A DNA stretch of 58,683 bases, the filler included, from Sphacelaria rigidula (taxonomy: Eukaryota), in NCBI GenBank assembly GCA_964200075.2. It is 10 parts of 10 records of this genome, joined end to end, with 100 filler letters (N's around TTAATTAATTAA, not from the genome) between each part and the next. Parts side by side here need not be neighbours in the genome. Positions count along the whole stretch, not along the records: positions 47,028 to 52,805 come from CAXNAA020024536.1; positions 52,906 to 58,683 come from CAXNAA020024537.1; 8 more parts are not named here. One strand, 5' to 3'. The position numbers and the translations under genes were made by a program. Under the pieces are notes generated by a model that was not told the origin of the DNA, did not search any database, and worked only from the letters and a program-made list of their open reading frames with translations. Positions 48,804 to 58,683 of this stretch are shown piece after piece. Each line of letters starts with the position of its first letter. Within the stretch, counting starts at the first letter, position 1.

Positions 48804-51800
48804 TTGCACCCGTAGCGAAAGTCGTAGACATGTTTCTTGCAAATGAGTTGCGTAGGTATATAAGTAACCGTGGGAGTTATCTTCGGCAGACGGAAACTAT
48901 AACCCGTGCGTACGGTTGATGGGGACGTTGTAGAGTGCCTGATGCAGTGCGCCCCTGTAGGTAGACGTCTACGGCGGGTCGTCCGGCGACACCCTTGGGC
49001 GAATCGCCGGTTGCATCTCAAGATAATGCGTGATATTAGTGGAATGAACGACTAATAAAGCGAAAATGATGATCAAGACGTGGTGTTGCAGAAAACCTTA
49101 TGGAATAGTGTGCAACACGACCACCACACGCGCGTGGACTCCAGTCGTGAGGCGGCCTTCATAGCGCTCTGCACGGCGGGCGAACCGCCACGAATATTCG
49201 GTGTGATAACAACCAATCGTGAAAATTGAGGACAACGGTTTTCATTGACGATGATAAGTCGGTTTATTATAATCTTCATATGTGTGGACTATTTTCCCAA
49301 AATATGCCTGCACTCCTTCGCGTACCGATAGCTATCACCAATTTCTGCATGCCATACAAGATTGAAATCCGATGACCAAATTTCGGGGGTCCGATGTGTA
49401 TGTGGTCTGTGGTCATGATGGGGGGGGGCGGGAAGGAGATGAAGATGGAACACGTAATAATCCATCCTCCATGTCGCAGAACAGAGGTTCCAAGTGCTGC
49501 ACGCTGGAGGAATATCAGATGATGTTTTCTGTCCCTAACCCTTCATTATTGCCCACCAAACTTTGATCCCCATCACACCGCACAGTCGATGTGACTACGT
49601 GTGCTTCGAAGCAAACCCTGAAGCAGTTTCCGTGGCACCTCTCTTTCGTTTCCGACAGCTTACAGTATCACTGACGGCACAAGGAACCGGCAGACCGTGA
49701 GTGTTTCTTTTCATTCATATTTTTCATGTTTCCCCTTGTTTTTCTCTGATCACGAGCTGGAGTGTTGCAGTCAACTACGTAATGCGCGATCATCATCTTT
49801 TTGTGTTGCTCGTGCTTGTGTTTGTGTTTGTGTATGTGTTCGTTTGTCGTTATTTTGTTGTTGTTCTTGTTGTTGCTTGGTGGTGGTGATGGTGGTGGTT
49901 GTGGTGGCGGTGGTGTTGTTTTTTGTTGATATCGTTGCCCCTTAATGTGAGATAATCAATCCATCAGTCGATCAAGTGTCGTTTACACCTTGCGCGGCGA
50001 TCCCGTAAGCAAGCTTCATGCGCCGCCCCAGCGACAATGACAAGCACATGTCTGGAATGTTTTTCCCACTGGCGGGCAATGTTAATTGTTGCATGTATGC
50101 TTGCGGGAGAAGATATTCCCCACGCTACAAACCAAGTGGACGCGGCGCAACTTCTACCTGCTCAATGTGGATATCACATGTGACCCGATGGGTTTTCCCG
50201 CCGCACCTCACATGTTATAACACCCGTAACCGAGATGATAATATCTCGACGCACACGGCAGCTATCGACACAAATCGAATTGCTCTGTGTAGATAGAACG
50301 CGTACCTACCAGTCCTCCACTTCTTAGCGGCCAACACCCTTGTCTAAAAATTGGAAGTCGGGGTGAAGTGAAGGTTATCTACTAAATATATTGCACTGTT
50401 TCGACACTCAATTGAAGTCTGCCAGGACTTGAACGACGGCTAGTGTGAAGGACGGGCATGTTGGAAAATGACGTTTTTGCTTGTACAAATTGTTACAACT
50501 TTTTTTAGGTGTATCCATCGCTGGTTTGTGAGCTGTACTGGGTGGAATTGAGTCAGGCTGCGATCAGAAGGTAGCTTTAGACATATACTACAGCTGTGTG
50601 TTGCTTTAATTGCTATATGACCTTCTGTACATTTACTAGACTCCGTCACGTCTTCATTTTGGGGGTGGTGGTAGAAAACGTGACACTAACCCCCGGCGTA
50701 ATACTGCTTGGTTTACTGTTTTGCTTTCTTGCACACGATGACCACCAGCAAGGGGGGCGTTTTTTGTCGGTTTGTGGACAAAACACTGATTTCTATTGAA
50801 ACAGCGGAAAATTGGGGTTTCCCCCAGATTGCAGGAAACTAATTGTTCATGTCAGAACTCCCACGCACCGTACTGTAATGAGTATTATCGACAACATCAG
50901 TAACCCTAACTCTATCGCCTGTCTTCTGTTCGGCCCGCAAGTGAAGGGGCAGTGTCAGCACCGTCATGCGATCATCCAGCGATAGGCCAATTCGACATTG
51001 TTGGACCGCGTCGCGTTAAAATTGATACTGGGTTTTTTATTGAGAGCTTGGTGATCACCTTCGTGAACATTTCCGTCATTGACACCACTACCACCCAGCC
51101 TTGGTTATTCTCTTTTGGGGATGGTAAACACCGTGACACTAACGTGCTGCTGTTGTGCCGCGCGGCTGGAGCTGTGGCGGTTACACGTGTATCGACCGGC
51201 ACACATGGAATATGACATCAACTATTGATGTAGCAAGAATCAAGTGTGCGCATTGAGTCAGCCCTGTCGAACAAGTTGCCTGCCGGCCACGAAGGTGTTT
51301 GGTGCCCGCTATCAACACGCACGTCCTGTCTCTCCTCAAACCGTTTCTCCTTGGTAGAAGGTACGTATGACGCACTCTGTTGGATGCCAGTTTTTGGGAG
51401 ATGTGCACTGTGTGGTATTGTCGCAAATCTTTCCGTTTCGGCTTTGGAGCTGTACCCAGTAGGGCATTTGTAAGTGCCAGGATGCTCTTTGGATGCGGAG
51501 CTTCACACCACCTGCTCGCAAGTTGGGAGCTATCTACCCTGGCTGAGTTTGTCGTGCATGTTATGCTATAATGATATAGCGACTGCAGCTTGACACGAAA
51601 TCTTTGTGCCATGTTGTTGTGGATATAAGCCTTGAACATGCACGACACCTCGTCATGCAGTGACAGCACCTTACAGTACAGGAGCGCTGCGGTGTACTGT
51701 ACCGTACCCTGCGCGCAGTACTACACTACAACAGGTGTCTGCCCATTTTTTTGTAACGGAAATCACGAGCGGGTGCATGCGATTAAGGTCGACCTCCAAA

Positions 51801-52905
51801 ATTCTACTGCCAACCTGAATCCGACCGTGATGACTGATTGCTGCACTTCTGTATCATTCTGTTCTTCAAGAGTTATATGGAATGCATGTTGTAGTCAAAC
51901 TTTCGACTATGAAAATTTCGACTGAGGGCGATTTTTCAGATTTTTCGGTCATCAGGCCAACCACACGGCATTATCATATACTGTACTGATGTAGCGTCCT
52001 GCGCTGTATTACCCTAGGGTACCAAGGTACGACACTGTACTGTACTCGAGGAATCGTTCACCTCCTGCCTGCTCTTCGGCTTCATGCACGAGTGTGCAGT
52101 ACAACCGTCATGCTGAAAATGACCGTCTGTGCACAGAACCGTTTCAAATCTGTGATTTTGTACTGTCTGTGCAACGTCTGTGTCATAAGACGATCCCCCC
52201 GATTTTGAGTCCACGAATTTGAGTCCCTCCGATTTTTTCAAAACCGGGGTCCTAAAATAAAAAATAATCGAGATTCGTTGTAGTAAGGTCAACTCTTATG
52301 GGAGCGTTTAGAATTTTATTATGCAATAATTTTGAACGACTTTTTTTTTTTCTTTGCCGTACTTGTGTATTTTGTGCGCGTTCACCATGATGACAGAGAA
52401 AGAAGAAATCCTCTGAAATTGTTGCAACATAAAATATCAAACGCTCCCATTAGAGTTGGCCTAATAGCGGGTCTGATGGGAGCCGTTCAAAATTCCTGTT
52501 TGAAGCTGCTTCCTGGGCCCTTCTCCGTCGATTTAAGCCCGAAAAGAGGGGTAAGCGGATGTGGACGCCTTGGGATGACTTGTTCTACTCGTTGAGACCG
52601 TTCGTTCTAGGGCAACCTCGCATTTCCCGCTGGCCGCACAAGTGTTTTTGGCCAAAGCAGGCCAAGTATGAATTTTGCAGTAAAAAACGGCCAGGTGATC
52701 AAAATTCCCCCCTGTTTTTTTTTTTTTACCCCTCGACCATTTTTTGTTGAAAATCCGCGTATGGCCAAAAGTGAAGGAGCGGCCAGCGGGGAATGCAAAG
52801 TTGCCNNNNNNNNNNNNNNNNNNNNNNNNNNNNNNNNNNNNNNNNNNNNTTAATTAATTAANNNNNNNNNNNNNNNNNNNNNNNNNNNNNNNNNNNNNNN
52901 NNNNN

Positions 52906-53600
52906 GACCAAGTCGCCGAATATGCAGACGACGCTGTTACAGCCATCGCAGCAGTAGAAGATGCACCAGACGCGGATCCTGCCTGGCCGAGGGGTTGCGA
53001 ACTATTTGCTTCACCACTCCCCACCGAAGTCCGACCCGCTACGGTCGAACCACAAGATCCAGAGTCACCACCTGATGACGTAGTGGAAGAAACAGCAGCG
53101 GGGTAACCACCATCCGCCGGCGATTGCTCGGTACCGCGGCCGCCGCCCCCGCGTCCCTGGTTGGCACGGCCCCGTCCACCGTGACGACCGCCGCGAGATC
53201 CTGATGAATCTCGCGCAATTCCTGGAGCAGCGCCTTGAGCGCGAGGCTTGAGGCAATCCTTGATCAGATGTCCGGTGTCATCGCGATTGTAACACGCGCG
53301 AGTGGACGACGCTCGCGAAGACGGCTGCTGTTGCACTTTGCGGCGCGCACTTCCTACACTTACCGCAGAATCGCGCCGGCCATGTGCCTCAATAAATTTC
53401 CACTGGTCGGCGGCATCAATTGTTTTGGGTTCTCTTTCCAGTCGTCAACGTGAGTACACTTCTAACATACGCCTTGAATTCCGGGGGCGAAATCCCGTCT
53501 ACCAAAGCTGTGGAAACCGACTCGATCGGGCCTGGCAACTGGAGTCTGTCCTCCGACAGTACATGGCTTGCGCCGTGAGGTTTTCTGCGAAAAACGTTTC
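52906..53600 (-). mobile_element. Decayed LTR-retrotransposon gag fragment with a degenerate CCHC zinc knuckle
   Basis: ALVDGISPPEFKAYVRSVL, then after a frameshift RACYNRDDTGHLIKDC (second Cys replaced by Arg) and an RGG-rich tract. Confidence 0.7.
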
Positions 53601-53631
53601 CATCCATGGATTGACCATCGTCGCTCCGTCT

Positions 53632-54180
53632 TACTGTACTGCACGGTCTTGTTTCGATGATGAATAGTATAGAAACCCCCGAGACCTTCAAATCCATGGT
53701 TGCGGACATACTGTACTGCACGGTCTTGTTTCGATGATGGGTAGTGTAATGCGTGAGAGGACCGCGGGCTTAGAGGACCGCATCTGAATTTGAATATCCG
53801 TATGGTTGGGGTTAGGGTTAGGGTTAGTGTCGGGGTTAGGGTCAGGGGCGTGGTACCTGCAGGGACTGGCCCGATTGGTGTAAAAAGATGTCGATCCTGG
53901 GGTGTTTTGGATTACGCCGCGGTCCTCAAGTGCAGTCCTCTCACGCATCACAGATAGTATAGAAACCCCCGAGACTTTCAAATCCATGGTTGCGGACATA
54001 CTGTACTGCACGGTCTTGTTTCGATGATGGGTAGTATAACCCCCCCCGAGACCTTCAAATCCATGATTGCGGACATACTGTACTGCACGGTCTTGTTTCG
54101 ATGATGAATAGTATAGAAACCCCCGAAGCCTTCAAACCCATGGTTGGGGACTCACTGAACTATACGGCCTCGTGTCGAAA
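53632..54180. repeat. 77-bp tandem repeat (units start at 53632, 53709, 53999, 54076, plus a diverged partial)
   Basis: tactgtactgcacggtcttgtttcgatgatg...ccatggttgcggaca; unit 2 is interrupted by an insertion. Confidence 0.92.
53745..53952. mobile_element. 208-bp TGT...ACA MITE (Ginger2/TDD-like ends) carrying TTAGGG-like repeats
   Basis: TIR TGT.ATGCGTGAGAGGAC; 5-bp TSD GGTAG/GATAG; the host unit is lengthened by exactly 213 = 208 + 5 bp. Confidence 0.8.
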
Positions 54181-55605
54181 ACAATTAATATAGTCTGTGG
54201 TGTTGCGAAATAATGTCGCCTAGCTAGCTATCAATAGCTACCTAGCCACATATTCTGCAGAGTGGTACTTCTTATCTAAAACGATTGCACATCACTATGG
54301 CTTCCACATCACCGAGCCTTTTTTCAAAGGTGGGTGCTTGGTTTTTGCGGCAAAACGTTCGTGTGCTGCCACGCTGCTGTGCCTTGTTCCACTCGCCAAC
54401 GGTCCATCGCACGGTCTTGTGTTTGGTGCTGACTAAGGCCGAGGCAATATTCAACTGTTTTCAACTGTCTTGCTCTCATGTCCTCGTGACATTGGCGGCA
54501 GAGCCGTGTGTTCGTGCTCCCAAATGAACGAGAACGCGACAAAGGGAAACACGGGGGAGAAATATCCCGCCAAAACTAGCTGTGGTTCGAGTTTTGCATG
54601 ATATTCCACAGGCTTTTGTGGTTCGAGACCCTGTTTCAAGTTTTCCACTCTCTTGAAAAGATTTTTGTGGTCAGGGTTCGACACCCCGCGAAAAGGGGCT
54701 CAGTTTGAGTGACTTTCGGTGGCCAGAACACGCGTCACACGTATCAGATGTACCGCTGAGCCTTCCTGATGCGCTGTAAAAGAAAGAGCGGGAACAATCA
54801 TGGGAAAAAATGTGAAATATACCTACTCGTTGGAAACACCTGCATGCTGCTGTGTCTTAGCTAGAGGTTATTCGATGGATATGGTCGAAGGCGAGCCCCA
54901 ACCAAGACAACCCCCTGCGGCGGTAAGCTTCGACAAAGTTGCAAAAAAAAAAACACAATTTACATCTAAGCTTGTGAAAATCGGTAATAGCGGGAGGGAC
55001 CCATGAGCCTACAACGAACAGTGGTGTACACATTGTTAAAAAAAATTCAGTATGAGTTCGGTTTTCGAAAGAAGATGTACAGGTTTTAGAATGGTATGCA
55101 GTGGACTATTTCTCGTGCAATCTTCTCCAGGTGGATGGCTTCTCACCGATGAGTACCAGGGTGATCAGATACCATCCAAGATTTACCGTGTTGAACGTCA
55201 CTTTCCTCAAGAAGGCATCTACCGAAGTGAGCCTGTTTTTGTTCTCAATATAAAAGTATATTTACCTCTTTGACGAAATATGTTTCATTCATCCTTGTTT
55301 TTCTAATTTAGTATCTTTTTTCAAAACTGCATTTTCATCTTATTACATTTGGTTAGTTCATCATTCAATTTATGTTTTGCAGGGCCGGTTGCCCCGGGGG
55401 CCCGGTTGGTACCCTCGAAACCTGCTGACGGTTGGGTCATGGGTCCGAATCTCGATGAAGTCACGAAGGGTACGTAAAGTGCGGGAGAAAAGCATTTTCG
55501 TGCACCCCAGATAAGCTGAGCTTTTTCGATAGAAGACATGCGGTCGAAAGGCACAAAGGGACCCTTGACTCCTATCTTGCGACTGCGGCAGATACCACCC
55601 GTCAG

Positions 55606-56442
55606 CACGGGATTTTACAAATTGGGAATGAAAAGACGGAGGATTAAAATCTTCGCATCCACAGCAAATATTCGAGGTATGCTTCCATTTCTTCACTCAA
55701 CAGTGGATTTCGAAAATGGGGTTGAAAAAAACATCGAGTTTCAACTCAAAAGCCGTACTTTCCCTGACCTAATATCATAAAAAATTACTTTCATACGGAC
55801 GACCTCATCCTTCCCGACCTCCCAAAAACCATTTCGGGGGGTTGCCAGCCTTCCGTTCCCCCAAAGGGTATCTGCGAAAGCACGATTTTTGGGCCAAAAA
55901 ACGTCCATTTTCCACCCCGAAATGGAGGCAAAAGTGTGCTCTCCCACATACCTTTCGGGGAAACGGAAGCCTAGGGACCCCCCGAAATAGTTTTTGGAAG
56001 GTCGGTCGGGAAGGATGAGGTCGTCCGTATGAAGGTCATTTCTTATGAAATCAGGTCAGGGAAAGCACGGCCTTTGAGTTGAACATCATGTTTTTTTCGA
56101 CCCCATTTTCGAAAATCTACTGTTACTTGCGGGTAGCCATCGACAACTACTACACGCCATACAAGTTTGGATTTCGATAACCGAAATGTCGGGGTCCTAG
56201 GTGAGGAACAGTTATGGGGATTCTAGGTGTCAGATCGAACGCCATAATTGGTTTTCCACCTAGGACCCCGACATTTTGGTCATCGAAATCCAAATTTGTA
56301 TGGGGTGTGGTACGTGTCGATAGCTACCAGCAAGTAAAGAAATAGAAGGATACTTCGAAGAGTTGGTGTGGATACGAAGATTTGAATTCTCCGGGTTTTC
56401 ATCCCCAAAAAAAGATCCATCCCCAATTTGTAAAATTCCGTG
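55606..56442. mobile_element. Foldback MITE (36084-36505 family) with a nested insertion
   Basis: CACGGGATTTTACAAATTGGG ... CCCAATTTGTAAAATTCCGTG. Confidence 0.85.
55699..56124. mobile_element. Nested 426-bp foldback MITE
   Basis: Arms of about 190 bp (e.g. catacggacgacctcatccttcccgacc / ggtcgggaaggatgaggtcgtccgtatg); flanks ACTC/ACTT suggest a 4-bp TSD. Confidence 0.85.
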
Positions 56443-57872
56443 TTCGTTCAGAGAATCATGCAAACTCCACACAACTCATTCTCAGCTACCACCGCAACCC
56501 TGCAGCATGAAGCACGAGTTGAGCTCAGGGATAAATACACGGCAGTAGTTGGGTATGTCTTGTGCAGTCTTTGTTGGCGGAGACCGAATCATCTTCCTTC
56601 ACGGAAGGGATCAGCGACGGAATTGCGTGGCAGGGCGGACAACCGACTTGCGTACATGCTCATGGTCAGTGCACGCAGTACGAAGCTACACGCTATCCCG
56701 ATCCTTTTCAAATTTCCACGTCGCCGCATTGTAAGGAGAGAGAATAGAGAGCAGTAATCCTGCGCTGTCCGTACTGCACGTTGCTAGCTTCTCTTTCACA
56801 TCCTACTCCTGAACGAAACACGCACGCAGACACACAGGCACACTACATGCAAACAGTACAGACAGTATATGACTGTAATGTAGGCGAGCGACCAAACACC
56901 GCTTCACGAATTTCACTGCCTTTTTTCGATCGAAAGTTCGAAAATTCTCTTGGATACAGCTCGAGAAAAATGAGCAAATCCGTTCAAATCAATTCTACCG
57001 CCCTCTTGTTTCGACAAAAAAAAAAGTGCGAAGACACGCCCTTACCGTAAAAGTACACGAGCGAGGGAGAAACCGGTAACCCTGGTTGCCAGCGTACGCA
57101 GTGGGTGGCGTGTCGTTATTGCCAACGGACACGAACCCTTCTGAAGGGTGGGCGGAGGCACATCACGAAAGCATGTTACGTCAGGTATTTCTCAGCTGGA
57201 GGAGTCATGGTCGCGGTGTGTACTTCCAGTAGATGAAGCGGCACTTTCATGAACACGCCACTGAAATGGGAGGAAGTAAGGAGAACGGTGCCCAGGAGAT
57301 CGAGCACGAGCAAACGCCATGGTGTTCGCTGGCGTGGGGTACTGTGATCTCACGTGGAACATCTATGCGGGGTGAAGAGCTTTCGCTGAGGCGTCGTCAT
57401 CCAAACAGTCGACTGGACTACAATAATGGTTCCGTTTGATATCTTTCCTCGTTTGGAGCAGCATACCTTCGAGAAAGCGGTATTGCGGAGGCACATGGCG
57501 ATATATATGTCGATTCTCAGTGGATGGAAGGAAACGATGGGTGATAGTTGAGCATCCGTAGCTTCCCATTAATTCAATATCCGGGATTAACAGAGGACGA
57601 GAATCTGGTGGGAGAACATTCATCTTTTGCCCGGGATGTATAGCGGAAAGGGAAGTAAACTCCCCATCCCGACGCCCCGATCTCTGTCCCGTCCCGTCCT
57701 GTTTTCAGGGGCGTACTTCCCCTCCTGTCCGGCCATTCCTTCATGAAACGGGAACGTTTCCCGTCCCCTTCCCACGTGAACAATTCTTATATATTCGACA
57801 CACTCGCCATGCTCGTGATGTTGATGCTTATATCCAAACCATCTCCCTCCCTCCCCGCCGCTATCGCGCCCA

Positions 57873-58045
57873 ATGCTATGGCGATTGCCCTCGAAAAAGT
57901 CGGTATTGTTAGGTGGAGCTGTTGTGGTGGTACTGTATCACGCGTTGGTGACGCTGTCGCGGTCTACATCTGCAACAGGTCGAGGAAACGGGATCAACCT
58001 GAAGGGGCGATGGGGGGGTGGCCCTGGGAATAATGCAGCGGAGAG
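57873..58045 (+). CDS. Possible first exon of a type II membrane protein (MLWRLPSKKSVLLGGAVVVVLYHALVTL...)
   Basis: ATG, basic N-terminus, hydrophobic anchor, candidate donor AG|gttcgt; no family motif. Confidence 0.3.
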
Positions 58046-58683
58046 GTTCGTTTCGTCTCTTCTCTTCTTATTTGAGATTGTGTGTCCCGGCTTGTGTCCG
58101 TCCGCCATACTGCGGTGCCTTCGTTGTTACGTAGCCGAGGATCGCCTGTAGTTCTTCACTGCAGTGGAGAACTCCCCGATACAGGAATGGCGTTTGTTCG
58201 CGTGAGTACCCAGGAATATTCACGTCCGGAAATTGGCACGATTGAAAAAGCTGAAGTGATGACTGAAACACATGGTACGGCATTGCGCGCAAATTTTCGT
58301 ATACAGCGACAGCCGACCGACAATTCCATTGCATGAAGTTGTACCCTAAAATGAGGTTCAAATCCAAAACATTGCTTTCTTCACACTTTTAGCGATGGTG
58401 CCCGACGACGTTTTCGTCGTGCTAGTGCCTCGATCGCTTGCATACCTTTTCAGCGCATTTTACTGACTCTGTGAGCTTAGTGCGATGAGCCGTTGGCGAG
58501 TTGAACGAGGCACACGTGGACAAACGTCCCCACTGTGCTGTGCTGTGTGTGTATGTATGTGTGTGTGCTGTGGGTCACGTGTATAGGGCCAGCAAACAGG
58601 GGTGCCAAAATCCCCGTGATAATGCAACCCGCAACAGAGTCATCCTACGATAGGGGGGGGGGTATTTGTTTGCACGAAAAAAG

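Noticed and set aside
53805..53848. True chromosome end
   Set aside because: Short, degenerate and internal to a MITE.

Overview
This is not one locus. It is ten unrelated eukaryotic contigs of 5,778-5,779 bp (1-5779, 5880-11658, 11759-17537, 17638-23415, 23516-29293, 29394-35171, 35272-41049, 41150-46927, 47028-52805, 52906-58683) joined by artificial 100-bp linkers (N44-TTAATTAATTAA-N44). Short exons in long repeat-filled introns, TTAGGG-type repeats and the protein families suggest a brown alga (inference). Recognisable host gene pieces are three exons of a USP5/13 (UBP14)-like deubiquitinase, two exons of a KCBP-like kinesin-14, the first exon of a GT64/EXTL2-like glycosyltransferase, one phase-0 beta-propeller-repeat exon, and a long uninterrupted AIG1/GIMAP-like GTPase ORF. 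Most of the rest is mobile DNA: an AcademX-like PIN/XPG-nuclease plus Cys-cluster ORF, a full-length tRNA-derived SINE with a 12-bp TSD, decayed LINE and gag fragments, many MITE families (Tc1/mariner-, piggyBac- and Ginger-like, and foldbacks), and a TIR-bounded higher-order array of 41-bp hairpins. Protein family calls come from motifs read by eye, not from database searches. No rRNA, CRISPR array or prokaryotic system is supported.
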